Shown here one piece after another: positions 52,533-64,000 of a stretch of 64,000 bases of DNA (positions within the stretch are counted from its first letter, which is position 1; every line of letters starts with the position of its first letter). The translations under genes and the position numbers were made by a program. Under the pieces are notes generated by a model. That model was not told the DNA's origin. It made no database searches and was given only the letters and a program-made list of their open reading frames with translations. The DNA is taken from positions 82,276,001 to 82,340,000 of the forward strand of contig NC_045697.1 in assembly GCF_009834535.1 (NCBI RefSeq). Direction: 5' to 3'. Origin of the DNA: Camelus ferus. Taxonomy: Eukaryota.

Positions 52533-53519
52533 AGACAGTTTCTTTTATGCTATGACACATCAATTTGTAAAGATTGTAAAACAGGGGAAAATGCAGTTCT
52601 GTTGTGATAAGATGAAATCACTGATAGAATTCAATGATGAACATTCAGAGTAAATATAAGAAAGTTTGAAATTAAAATGAGTGCTTAGAGCTAAGTCTAA
52701 TGTAATGCAGAATCACTGGAGAATCACAGTTTCACATGAAAAGCAAGGGAAAATAATAAATTAAGGAATTTCAGTTGGAGATTATGAAAATCAAGAACCA
52801 TTTCTAAATATATCACTGAATAATTAGAATCACTTTAAAATGACAGTTAACCATCTTGATTTGTGTTTTGGACTGCTTTTAATGTAATTTTATAAATTGC
52901 AAATGAATGAGAATGTTTAATATAGGAGGATTATAAGACCAAATTGACAGTATTTGAATAGTGCTCACTATGTGTAATCAGTCATAAGAGCAAAATTTCC
53001 CAGTTCTAACGATTGTGTATGTGGTGAATATTCTTATTCCACACATGATGTGTAGAAGAGGAAACCTTCTCTTACTGAGGCAAATTGATTTCTCAAAGTG
53101 ACTTTCATTTTTGCCCTTTCGAGGAGGAAACAATAGTGACTCATTACCATTTTAGAATTTGTTCTCTAAGCACATTTCTGTCAGTTTCTTAGGAGCTTAA
53201 CTGCACTCAGCTTTCATTGGCTCTTTTAAGTTGGTAAGAATGTAAATAATGCCAAAAATGAAATTTCATTTTTTAGATAAATTCACCCATGTTCAGCTTC
53301 TTATGCTTCAAATTAGAAGTGCAGTAGCTTAGGAGAAACAGAGCATAGATTTATTTAGATTTTCATTTAAACCAAAAACAGAGTTATGCTTTCACAATGG
53401 TAGTATCATTCATTAGAATCAAAAGGCAACAATGTTCCAAAGATTTGTATTCTCATAAAACAGTTAAAATCTCATTATCAAAAACTACATAAAGAAAGTA
53501 ACATTTAAATCCACTTTTA

Positions 53520-53787
53520 ATGGACGGAAACATCCTCAACTTGATGAAGAATATCTTCAAAAGAAATTACAGCTAGCGTGATACATCATGGCAAGAAACT
53601 CAAGGCTTCCCCTTCTAAGATCAGGACTAAGGCAAGGAAGGCTTCTCCCACCGCTCCTGTTTGATACGGCACGTAAGTCCTAGCAAATGCAGTGAGGCGG
53701 GGAAGGAAATCAAATGTGTGCAGACTGGGATGGAAGAAATGAAATTCTCTTTGTTTGTAGATGACATAACCATGTAGGAAATCTTAC
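53520..53787 (+). mobile_element. L1 ORF2 RT fragment
   Basis: CTAAGATCAGGACTAAGGCAAGGA (RSGxRQG) and GAAATGAAATTCTCTTTGTTTGTAGATGACAT (EMKFSLFVDD, cf. LSLFADD). Confidence 0.8.
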
Positions 53788-55349
53788 GTGCACAATGCAA
53801 AGCAATGCAACCCTGGTTCAAAAATTGGTTATTTTAGCCTTAATTTATGCCCACTCCCCGCAGATTTCTCAATGTACTGACAGTGTAAGCACTGAGAGGA
53901 TGAATTTTTAAGGCAAATGCCACCAAACATTTTTCTATGGGGCCCTAGGCAGAGTTGTCTAGGAATCTAAATTCTTATTTCTCAAAGTACATTTAGTCAT
54001 TGTACTATTCTTGTGATACTGTAATGGCCTTGATTTTCTCTTTCTAGGTCAGGACAGTTTTAAAATTTTGCTCTCTTGAAAGAAAATGGGAAGATATATT
54101 CTATCTTTTTCTATTCCCAAGCTTGGATCATACTGCAAGTGAAAAAAATTTCTCACTCTCAGCAACATTACAAATGAGATACAGGTATTTTGGAATCAAA
54201 GAAATGAGAGAAATACAGAAGAATGATCATAAACGTTCTCTTTAAATTTTATCTGGCAGAGCCCAGACACCAGTGCACGTAGAACATAATTATCTTCCAT
54301 TGAAGGACAGGGCTGCTATTGAAGGACAGCAATGCCACCACCTCATGGAGTTTTACAGCAACAATAAACCAGAAACACTGGCATTAAAGATACGCTGAAG
54401 TCTCCTGTTCCTGCTCTGTCGACAAATTTAAGGTATAATGAGAAAGAAAGGCATAGATGAGTCTATAATGTTTTACAGAGGTTTGAGGGAAACTTAGAGA
54501 TTAAGGTCATGGAAACCAGAGGAAAAAAGAATTTCAGTAAAAGAATGAGAGTTTTGTAAATAGAATAAAATCAAGGAGAAATAAGCTTAAAGGAGATCCT
54601 GGCCTTGGTCACTGATAAGGCCTGGGTGGCAGAGTGAAGGGGGATTTCACCTGGTCAAACGTTAAGGGGTGGAACTGTCATTTAGCATGGCTTTTGAACA
54701 CTGATTCCTCCTCAAGCTGAAATGCTTGTAGTGAAACTTTAAAATATATGATCCCATAACTATAGAGTACTAGCGAAGAGACAACAGCAGTTGAAAGGTG
54801 CAAACACATTTTCTGGAGGCGGGAAGTCAAACAGTAAGGGGTAAATAATTTATAGTGCAGATACAGCTGAGAGCTCAGTGTCTGCATGGGAGGGTGACAG
54901 GAAGAAACAAGTTGTGTTACAGGAACCACCACTGAAAGTTTCCTGTACTGGAGAGAAACAGACAATGAAGTAGGTGTAACAGTTTCAAAGAGTCTGTTGA
55001 AGGACAAGTTAGATTGTCCAAGATCCTCAGACCAACAGACGACTGAATAGTCCTTCTTGACAAGACAATGGGCGGATGCTTATTCTCAGGAAAAATTGAA
55101 ACAAACAGATAGTCTCAGGAAAACCAGGGATAGTTGAGGGTCAGGGTGGAACAGTTTCCTTAACAATCAGTGAGGTAAATGCAACTTCAAATTAAACTAT
55201 AGTTCTCATCCTTTTTCTCCCATTAGTTGCCCCTATGAAAGAAGCCAGATTTAGAAGTTCATCTTTGAAGAAACTAGCTGCCTTAGAAGGATTCAAACAA
55301 AAAGCAAAAACAACAAACTAGCAATAACCACAACAAAAAACTACAGACA

Positions 55350-56600
55350 TAAGCAATTTGAATTTCACAATAAAACTTTATTAGGGAAATCCACCACATG
55401 AACATACACCTGAACACACAGAGAAGCCTCAAAATGCTTTTAAATGTCTCATTCTAAATTAGGATTCAACAGCCAAATATCAATAGACATTTCTTGAAAA
55501 CCTATAACATAATAATGTTGAGACTGTCTCCCAGAAAGTAGGGGGAAAAAACAGAGATAGAAAATAGAAAAGTAAAATAAAATATAGTAGGGGTTGCAAT
55601 TTCCACCTAATATTTTTAGAGTAAACAGAAAAAATAAATGGAAGATCATTTTGAAAATTTCCAAAATAATGAATATATATGTCCAAATTAAAAGATCTCA
55701 TCAACTGTCCATCATCTCAAATGGAAAAAAAAAAGATTATATCAGGAAATACTATTCTAAAGTTTAAGAACAGAGGGATTATTTTTAAATACTAAAAGTA
55801 GCAAAAAGGAAAAAATATAATGAAAAAGCAGATTGTGTATAATGGAATAGGAGTAAGATTGCATATAATGGAATAGAAATAAGATTATCATTAGACCACT
55901 CAAGAGTATTACTAAGGCACAGATTACAATAGTTCATGCCTTCAGAGGCTGAGAAGTGTTGATTAGCAATCTGTAACTCTCTATCCAAGCGTCCACAAAT
56001 GTCAGGATAACAATTAAGAGGTTTTTCTCACACCCAAGGCCTTACAGAAATCTTCTTTCCCATGTAGACTTCCTCAGACTACTGCTGCGTGAGCAGCCTA
56101 CAAAAGGAAGAATAAGCCACAGGCAGTGAAAACATAAGACTGAGGAAACTGGGAACCCAGCCTTGAAACTGGGAACCTGTGCAGTTGGCTAGAGGTCACC
56201 CTGGACAGATTGAAGCAGCTTCTAAAGAAGGAGAGGAAACAGATTATTTGATTTCTTCAACTGTGAGAAGGATTTTTGCAGTTTCTTTCAATATATTGGG
56301 AGAATGAAAGTATGTAGGGGCAGAATTACATGACTATTTTCATAGAGTGGTAGAAATATGTAGATAAATCATGGGAGACATAATAATAGCAGTGTAAGTA
56401 TAATATTTAGCCATGTAGAGGTGAATAAACCAATAAATGATTGAAACAAGTTTGCCTCTGTGGCACAATTTGCCTCAGTAGGCTGGAGCTAGAGTAGGCT
56501 GGCCAACGGTTTGGGTTTTAATTATTATGAGGCTCTTAGTTCTGATTGATTTTACAGCTTGTATTACTTTGATAAAATCATAATACATTATTTTAAAAAT
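55350..56600 (+). mobile_element. HAL1/L1ME ORF1-like remnant
   Basis: A-rich, ORF1-like C-terminal blocks (AAAATTTCCAAAATAA..ATAAGATTATCATTAGAC..ATGCCTTCAGAG..CTCTATCCAAGC). Heavily decayed. Confidence 0.5.
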
Positions 56601-56879
56601 TGTGAGAAAGTAGTATCTATTATAAATTACTTTGATAAGACACCGTGATAATGTAGCAGTTAAGAAAGAACAGGATAACTGGAAGTATGGAGCAATATTC
56701 AGGGTTGACTTTAAAATGCAGATATTTTAGGGTAGACGAAAATGCATTTATATCCTGAAGGTAAAAATTTAAGTGGATGAATTAGAATTTGGATTGATGA
56801 TTTGGATAAAAGAAGACATAAATGACAGAGCTAGTTTGGGTATGGAGATTACATACTATAACCACCCTGCATTAATTTT

Positions 56880-57045
56880 TTTTGTGCTGGTCATGAAAGA
56901 TCTCATTTTATTATCACAGGTAACCTTATGGTGCAGTACTGTGATTCCCATTTTACGACATTGAAACCTGTGTTTCAGAGATTAAGTGGTAGAACAAGGA
57001 CTTTACCAGTCTCAATCCCAAGTCTAGGAAGCTAAGCATTCTGTT
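56880..57045 (-). mobile_element. MIR remnant
   Basis: AACCTTATGGTGCAGTACTGTGATTCCCATTTTACGACATTGAAACCTGTGTTTCAGAGATTAAGT. Confidence 0.6.
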
Positions 57046-59835
57046 TCATCTGTGAAATCTGGGTGATTTTGCAGGTAGTGTAAAATATGTGAAGAGTACA
57101 GTGCCCCAGCTGAGCGAGAGTGAAAGTTCAGATTTAGTTAGGTCTCATCATCGTAGTCATTGTTTTTATTATTTTTTATTATTGCTGTCAATGTCAATAT
57201 GCCATATCCCTATCTGCATATGGACAATTACAAAGAGAACTGGAGTCTGGTGAACTAAAGTGAACTTGTAGCTACATTCACACTATATTGTCTGGCTAAA
57301 GTATCATTTTCAGGACAAGAAATTACTTTAAAATCATATCAGAGATACATTTCAGGTAAGCTATTGTTCTGAAAAAGACACAAAAAGGGAAAATGTACCT
57401 GTAAACTTTTTCAAGTCAGAAAATTTATGAGATGTAAGCAATCACAACTAATTTGACACTTTTGCCAGAGAATACAGATAGCTTTATATAATACCACTTA
57501 ATCACTGAGAAAATAGACTTCCAAAATATTGGCCAAAGTTATAACTGAAGGTTAATACAAGCACTTAGCATTAATACTTAAAATGATGTGAGTATACCTG
57601 TGTGCATTTAGGTATATAACACAAATGTACAGAAAACTGCAGTATTTTAGCATATTGGCATTACTGTCCCATGCTAAGTGGCCTGTGAGTGGGTGGCCAC
57701 GAAGCAAGGAGACAAAGAACACTAGGCTGCTGTTTCATACAAACGCCAAAATGCACTGGTTGAAGTCATTTTTAATTACTGAATTCTTGACTATGTTTCA
57801 GTTTCCCTAAAACTGAACAGTCAATTTTCAGGGACAAAAGAAACCTTTGGTATTTGAGGCTTCTTTCTTCTTTCATCTGAATCTCTAGTTTCAGAAATGA
57901 AGTACAGTAGTAAAACTCCCTTAAATGAAAGAATAAAAATGTAATGAAAATCCAGAAAATGTAGAACAGCTCAGCTCTGCATCAGTAATAGCAACCAGAT
58001 GATACAGGCATGTATTTCAACCTCCTGGTGTTAAGCTAGCATCCCTTCCTTAGTACCTCTGAAATCATGTCATGGCTCCTCTAATTTCATCATATGTGTT
58101 TAACCTCCCTTCGCTTCTTTATATGTTTGTTATGTGTCAGTGTAATACATTATGAGCCTACACATTGTACCAAATAATAAAGTTATGTAACACAGCGTTA
58201 CTAATAAGTTACTTAATGTGTATAATCAGCTGCTGATTTGTCTCCAACTCATTTGTTACATAAATTGTGTCTACCTTCTACAAATGAATCAACAGCTTCC
58301 AAAGGGTACAGGTAGAAAGGACATGCTAAATCACAACTACTTGGCTGCAAAAAAAAGCTGGCAAGGCCAAAATTATTCTGTGAAGCAAATGAAATTTTCT
58401 TTAATTGCAATACAAATTAAATTAGTTCTATTAATGTAACACAGTATTTATTGTTGCCTGGTCAGTTCATTTCAGAATTTAAAAAGGATTCTTTACAAAT
58501 CCTTTCTCTCTCCTAGACAATATGTTGCATTAGCCATTCAATAAAATAAAGTGCTGTCAGTTTCACTTTTAATAGATAAATGTTTTTAATTTATTTGATA
58601 CACACTAATTTGTGCCACTCTTAGAAAAATTAATATCAGGGAGTCACATTTGGAATCCAAATCCTGGCAATGACTCTTGGCTTAATATTCATATCCTCAA
58701 AAGAAAACTATAAACATGTGTACAAACCATTTGGTCCAATAGTAGGTGTACTTAGAAATTAGAAATTTCCATTCTACCCGTGCAGGAAGAGCCTACCTCA
58801 CAGAGCTGAGGTCACCAGTCTGTCTGGCAACAGAAAATCAGTAATCTCGAGGGAAACTAGAACCAGTGCAGCATGGTGCTTTCTATGGAAAAGAGGCTGG
58901 GCTGGAGCATCTAACAGCTCTGTACCAGCTTTTCTTTTTACTAAATTACATGTTATTCCTCTCCTTTCACACGTCGAAGGAAATGAGAAATGTGGCATTG
59001 TCAGACACCTAAGACTTAGCTATTCATTAGGCAATACGTGTTACATCAAATCTGTGATTTTGCTCACCTCGGCCATCACCAAGAGGGATACCATCTACCC
59101 CGTCCTGTACTGTTATTTATGAAAGCTGGGTTTCATCACCATGACTAATATTTGCACTCAGAACTTTCTTGTCTGACAGTGCATGTACCTGTGTGTGTAT
59201 GTGTTTGTATGTGCACATGCGTGCAGTTTTAGAAATTCTGAATTTTAGTAGGAATGTTCCACCTATAACTAAAAAAAAAAAAAAAAAAAAAGGTAGTTTG
59301 GAGGCACAGATGAGTGATTAGGTCTGAAAATGTACATTTTGTATTTCTTTAACCTTTCTGTTGACCCAACTCTCCCTGTTTACTCTTAAAATAAGTGAAA
59401 CCTGTCCAGAAAAGATGTAGTAATGTCTGTATGGAGCAGCAGAGACATGACAGGGCTTAGGTTTTATTTTATTTTTTGAAAATCAGATTAAAGTACTTGA
59501 CAAAAATTCTGAAGGAAAAGAATACATATTTTTTCCCATTAGAAATAGAAACAAGTTGAAAGAAAAGTAAAAAGGGAAACAGGAAGAAGGAGGAAGGATA
59601 CAAATGGTGTTCATTTTCTCTGCTTATCCAGGACAGGATGGCTCTTTGAATTGTAAGAATTCTCTGAACATTAGAAATACCCATTTAATTTAAACACATA
59701 GTGATATTCCACTTTCCGTTATCTTCTTTTTCCTTTGCATCATTCTTACTCTTTATTGCTATATATAAAAACAGAAATTGATATATTTTTAAAGAAGAAG
59801 AAAATCTTTCAATCCTCATTGTTTATATATATGAA

Positions 59836-59919
59836 CTATTTTTTAATTTTTTATTGAAGTATAGTCAGTTTACAATGTTATGTTAATTTCTGATGTATAG
59901 CATAGTGATTCAGTTATAC
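59836..59919 (-). mobile_element. Very short L1 3' end
   Basis: TTATTGAAGTATAGTCAGTTTACAATGTTATGTTAATTTCTG..TTCAGTTATACA, with ATATATGAA on both flanks (59827-59835, 59920-59928). Confidence 0.8.
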
Positions 59920-61189
59920 ATATATGAATTTTTAAAAGTTATCCCTAAAGAATTATCAAAAATTATATATTTAATATCATCCTCTAGGCAGGATCCCAAA
60001 ACCGAATCATGGGAAGAAGAAACCCATTACTTGCAGTAAAACTGTGACTTGAGTAGACAGCACTGAACCTCATGCAGAGGCAGGACTTGAAGGTAAGAAG
60101 CTTTCTTTACCACACCTGTGTGTCCTAAAGGATAAGCTGTAAGGGAACTACAGGAAAAGCATGAAATATCTGAATGTAGCAAACATGTATGTCAAGAAAG
60201 TAAAAAAAAAATTAGCCAGGAAGTCAGCTGTGACTGAATTATAAGATCTGGAGTCTAAAGAGACATTGAACTGCAGAAATCAAATGTGTTTGCATGGAAA
60301 GGTGCTAGAATGGTCAAAATACAATTGGTATGCCTTAGGGTAGTCAAGAAATAAGTCGCTGTGGTCAAGCTTGCCTTTGTGTTTATTAAGGTCTCTATAG
60401 CATAACAAGGCCTATTTAAGTATTTTTAAACCATTTCAAAGGAATATTCCTATGTAAGTTGTTTGTTAATTATTACCTCAAGGAAAGATAAAGTTACACT
60501 TTGGTTAGATGTTTTAGCAATCAAAGTTTAACAGAAAATATTTAATTATGCTTTATAAGAAGTTAATGAATGAATATAAATAAGTGAATGAGTTTTCAAT
60601 TTAATCAAATATATGCAGTAACTTAGGGGAAATTTTTTAATTATCCTTTTAATAGAAGCAAAAATAAAGGAAAATCAAATTGTTGCTCTTATGACATTTT
60701 TAAAAATTAAAAAGACAGCAAAGCCTTTAAGTTTTGCTTCCAGGTCTACTCTTATTTTCCTTATGGTAAAGTATATGAGTAGAAATCATTCCAGGAGTGT
60801 TGGTTGACATTTTCTATTACCATAGGAAGAAAATTTTCTGTATAAACACATGAATAGTTTTTCAAAACTGATACTATATTCTGGAATACCAAGGAAGCAA
60901 TGTTCTTGAGATTGTCTTAGGAATACAGTTAAGACAGCATTTAAAATAGAAAATTTAAAGGACTTTCAATTTATGATTTAGAGCTGAAATTAAGATTTAT
61001 TATCTCTTAATGGGTAATATGAAAATAACTTAGTTCCAACCTGAAGAGCAGGTTTACTGTTTAAATAAAATAACAGTGTATAGATGGAACTTGTCATTCC
61101 AATGAATGACTCAATGAAAACTGTACATGAAGTAAATTGGAATCTAAATATGTAGTCCTAGCAAAGATCATTTATTACTGGAAAATTAC

Positions 61190-61244
61190 CGTCAGTTGCA
61201 GCGCAAGGCATAGGCAGGCATCGCCCACTCGCAGTGATCGTGTA
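61190..61244 (-). other. Candidate 55-nt internal exon (host gene unidentified)
   Basis: Minus strand reads ctcttatcttgctttcag|TACACG..ACTGACG|gtaatt. Five CpGs in 55 nt against a CpG-depleted background; two of three frames open. Confidence 0.35.
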
Positions 61245-63019
61245 CTGAAAGCAAGATAAGAGCTGCACTTGCTCCCTCAGTTTTAAAGTAACACAGAGAG
61301 AATCCCAGCAGAGATGGAGGTGGGATGTGAATTAAAGAAATACTATTCAGACACTCCACTATTCCTCAAAAATCTTCTGGTGTTTAGTAAAAGGATCTAT
61401 AGCTTCTATACTTACAGGAAAGTTTTTGAAATTCAACCCAATCATCTGTCTCCTTTTTTAAAGCTTCACGTGACTACACATGAAGGTTGTGTTTCTTGTT
61501 TTGATGCTATTGTTTTCCACTTAAATTTGTCAGTCCCTTTACTATCAGGGATATTTACTTGAAAAAAGGGCAGAAAAAAACCACAATGAAATACTTTGGC
61601 ACATTAACGTCTTCCTGCAAGGTGATACTCATTTTCAGGCGAGAACCCTTGTCCTTTAAAGTAAACACACAGCGATGTAACACCACAAACATAAAATGAA
61701 AAAGTAAATAGAGTTTAGAGACTTTTAATTTCAGCAAAAACATATGATTTCTTTTGAAAGCCTATGTTGAAAGTTATTCTCATAGTACTTCCTACAGTCT
61801 CTCTGTATAAATGTCATGCAAGTCTTTCTAATCCCTTATTTCCACATAAGTAAAATGTAGAACTTTATTTAAACATAGATGTCAGAAATTCTTTGATTAA
61901 AAAATGATGCTTGTTGAAGTAAATAACTTGCTAAAATCATGTAGATTTTTAAAGGCATTTCTGTGAAGTTGTAGAGAGCACTGAAGTCTAAAAGAAAATT
62001 GTGGAATGCTGATGTTTAAGATATGGTGACTACATTTAGAACTGTAATCCTGTATTTTGTGTTAACAGAAAAAAATAAACTTGAGTAATCCTCATGCTGT
62101 AAAATTGGGTAGAAATCAGACTGACATGTTAATCAAAGATGCATCCATTTGACTGTCCTATGGTTAAATTAGGCAAACAAGAATGTTGTAAAAATTATAA
62201 ATACACTAAATTTAGTGCTAAATTATAAAATATAATGCACATTGCTTGGCTATTTTATCTCCCTCTTCTTCAAATCATTTTTCTGTATCTCCCTCTCTTC
62301 TGTATCAATATAGCATTCTCTCTGAACCTAACACCACACTCCCCTCTTGGAATTCTTCCTTTAATCAGGAAACACCTTCTCAATACTTCAAGCTTTTATG
62401 AATTTTATAGCATATTACCACATAATGTTATAGTCTGTAGTCTACTGATATCTATATATCTCTATACATATCCACATGTCTATATGTCTATTAATATGGA
62501 TATATTATCTCCAACAAAACTTATAAGTCTTGTTTTGTATATATCTCCTATATTATCTCCTATATTGCCATTCTAGAATTTGCACAAATGGGTACACACA
62601 CAGATACAACTTAATCAATGAACTGACTGATTATTTAACTATTGAGTCTTCCTTTCTAACAAAGTGACAGAATCTGTTTATTAGAATAATTTTTATGTTT
62701 TTATTAACCATAAACACAGAGAATCAAATAATAGGAAATGGATTTAAGCTACAGCAAATAATATTTGTTTGCTATTAATAATAATTCTACTTAGAATAAA
62801 TCATATTTATGAAAAAATCTATACAATACATGATTAGACAGATAATTTTTCTGTGTAGTTAACTTATACATTACAGCCTGCAAAATTTATACATGTTGAA
62901 AAATGGAAATAACTACAAAAAGATTGATATAGGGCAACAACTAGAAAATAATAACAAATGCAATATATATTAATGTAACTATATCAACAATCCAACTGGT
63001 ACATTTAGACCAATGATGT

Positions 63020-64000
63020 TCACATTCAACAATGTAAAAACTAGTTATGTACCACAAAAAAAGTGGGATTTATTTAAAATATGCAAGGCTAGTTCAGCGT
63101 TTGAAAATCATATTGTAATCATGTCAACAGGCTAAAAAAGAAAAATCACATGATCCTATAAATAGATGTAGAAAAAGCTATTTGATAAAATCCAACACCC
63201 ATTTATGATAAAAACGCTCAGTAAACTAGGAATAGAATGGAAACTTCCTAACTTGATAAAAATATTTACAAAAATCCTACAGCTAACATGGTTATTTAAT
63301 GGTTAGGAACTTGAAGTTTTCCCACTAAAATCAGTGACAAAGTAATAAGAATGTGCCCCCAAACCACTTCTTTTCAACATTGTCCTAGAAGTTCTAGCGA
63401 ATAAGAAAAATAAGTAAAAAGTACAAAGATTTGGAAGGAAGAAATAAAACTGTCTTTGTTCACAGACATGATTATCCATATAGAAAGTCTGAAAGAACTT
63501 GAAAAAAATTAACTTCCTGGAACTAAAAAGTAATTATAGCAAAGTTGTAGGATACAGGATAAATATACAAAAATCAATCACTTTTCTATATACCAGCAAT
63601 GAATAAGTGGAATTTGAAATTACAAACACAATACCATTTACATTAGTACCCCTCAAAATAAAATAATTACATATAAATCTAGTAAAATATGTACAAGATC
63701 TATCTGAGGAAAACTACAAAACTAATAAACAAAATCAGAGAAGAACTAAATGAATAGAGAGACAGTCCATGTCCATGGACAGGATGACTCAATATTGTCT
63801 AAATGTCAGTTTTTCCCAACTTGATGCAATCCCAATCAAAATTTAAAACGTATATATGGAGAAGCAAAAGACTCAGAATAGCCAACACTATATTGAAGGA
63901 GAAAAAACAATGTTGGAGGATAAATACTACTCAACTTCAAGACTTACTATAAGGCTGTCATAAAGAAGAATATGGAATTGGTGGAAAAATAAATAGATCA
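63020..64000 (+). mobile_element. Old L1 ORF2 (RT) fragment, runs off the window end
   Basis: AAAATCACATGATC..GATGTAGAAAAAGCTATTTGATAAAATCCAACACCCATTTATGATAAAAAC (DAEKAFDKIQHPFMIK, frameshifted) and GAAGAAATAAAACTGTCTTTGTTCACAGAC (EEIKLSLFTD). Confidence 0.9.

Noticed and set aside
59271..59291. A21 run as a retrocopy tail
   Set aside because: No upstream element body, poly(A) signal or TSD visible.
59988..60092. 105-nt plus-strand coding exon (ctctag|GCAGG..GAAG|gtaaga)
   Set aside because: Good splice-site look, but stops in all three frames; at most a non-coding or pseudo-exon.
1..64000. A novel multi-gene biological system, CRISPR array or RNA gene
   Set aside because: No long ORF (maximum 133 aa), no repeat-spacer array, no tRNA or rRNA pattern. 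The content is explained by mammalian interspersed repeats and AT-rich unique DNA.
1..64000. Inferring host-gene strand from repeat orientation bias
   Set aside because: Young L1s are mostly minus while LTRs are mostly plus, so the signals conflict.

Overview
AT-rich mammalian non-coding DNA (gene desert or very large intron). It is probably camelid: the young L1 3' ends resemble camelid L1 as I recall them, and I saw no Alu, Bov-tA/BovB, PRE-1, CHR, Can-SINE or ERE elements. I cannot support any intact protein-coding gene, rRNA, tRNA, CRISPR array or novel multi-gene system. The ORF-track entries are chance ORFs or pieces of transposon fossils. Main content: a decayed minus-strand ERV-L gag-pol provirus (~2250-5800); a second, plus-strand ERV-L 3' end with dUTPase, PPT and MLT2 LTR (9280-10223); an internally deleted ERV1-like provirus with a tRNA-Arg PBS (47400-49152); solo LTRs (MER21, MLT1A with a 5-bp TSD, MER34A with a 4-bp TSD, other MLT1 types); many L1 fragments of different ages, several with TSDs; two MER2-type Tigger elements; MIR and L2 remnants. 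The best non-repeat leads are a CpG-rich 55-nt minus-strand exon candidate (61190-61244), a 42-nt plus-strand microexon candidate (57314-57355) and a nested perfect inverted repeat (51898-51954). Repeat subfamily names come from recalled consensus sequences, not database searches. Boundaries without a TSD are approximate.
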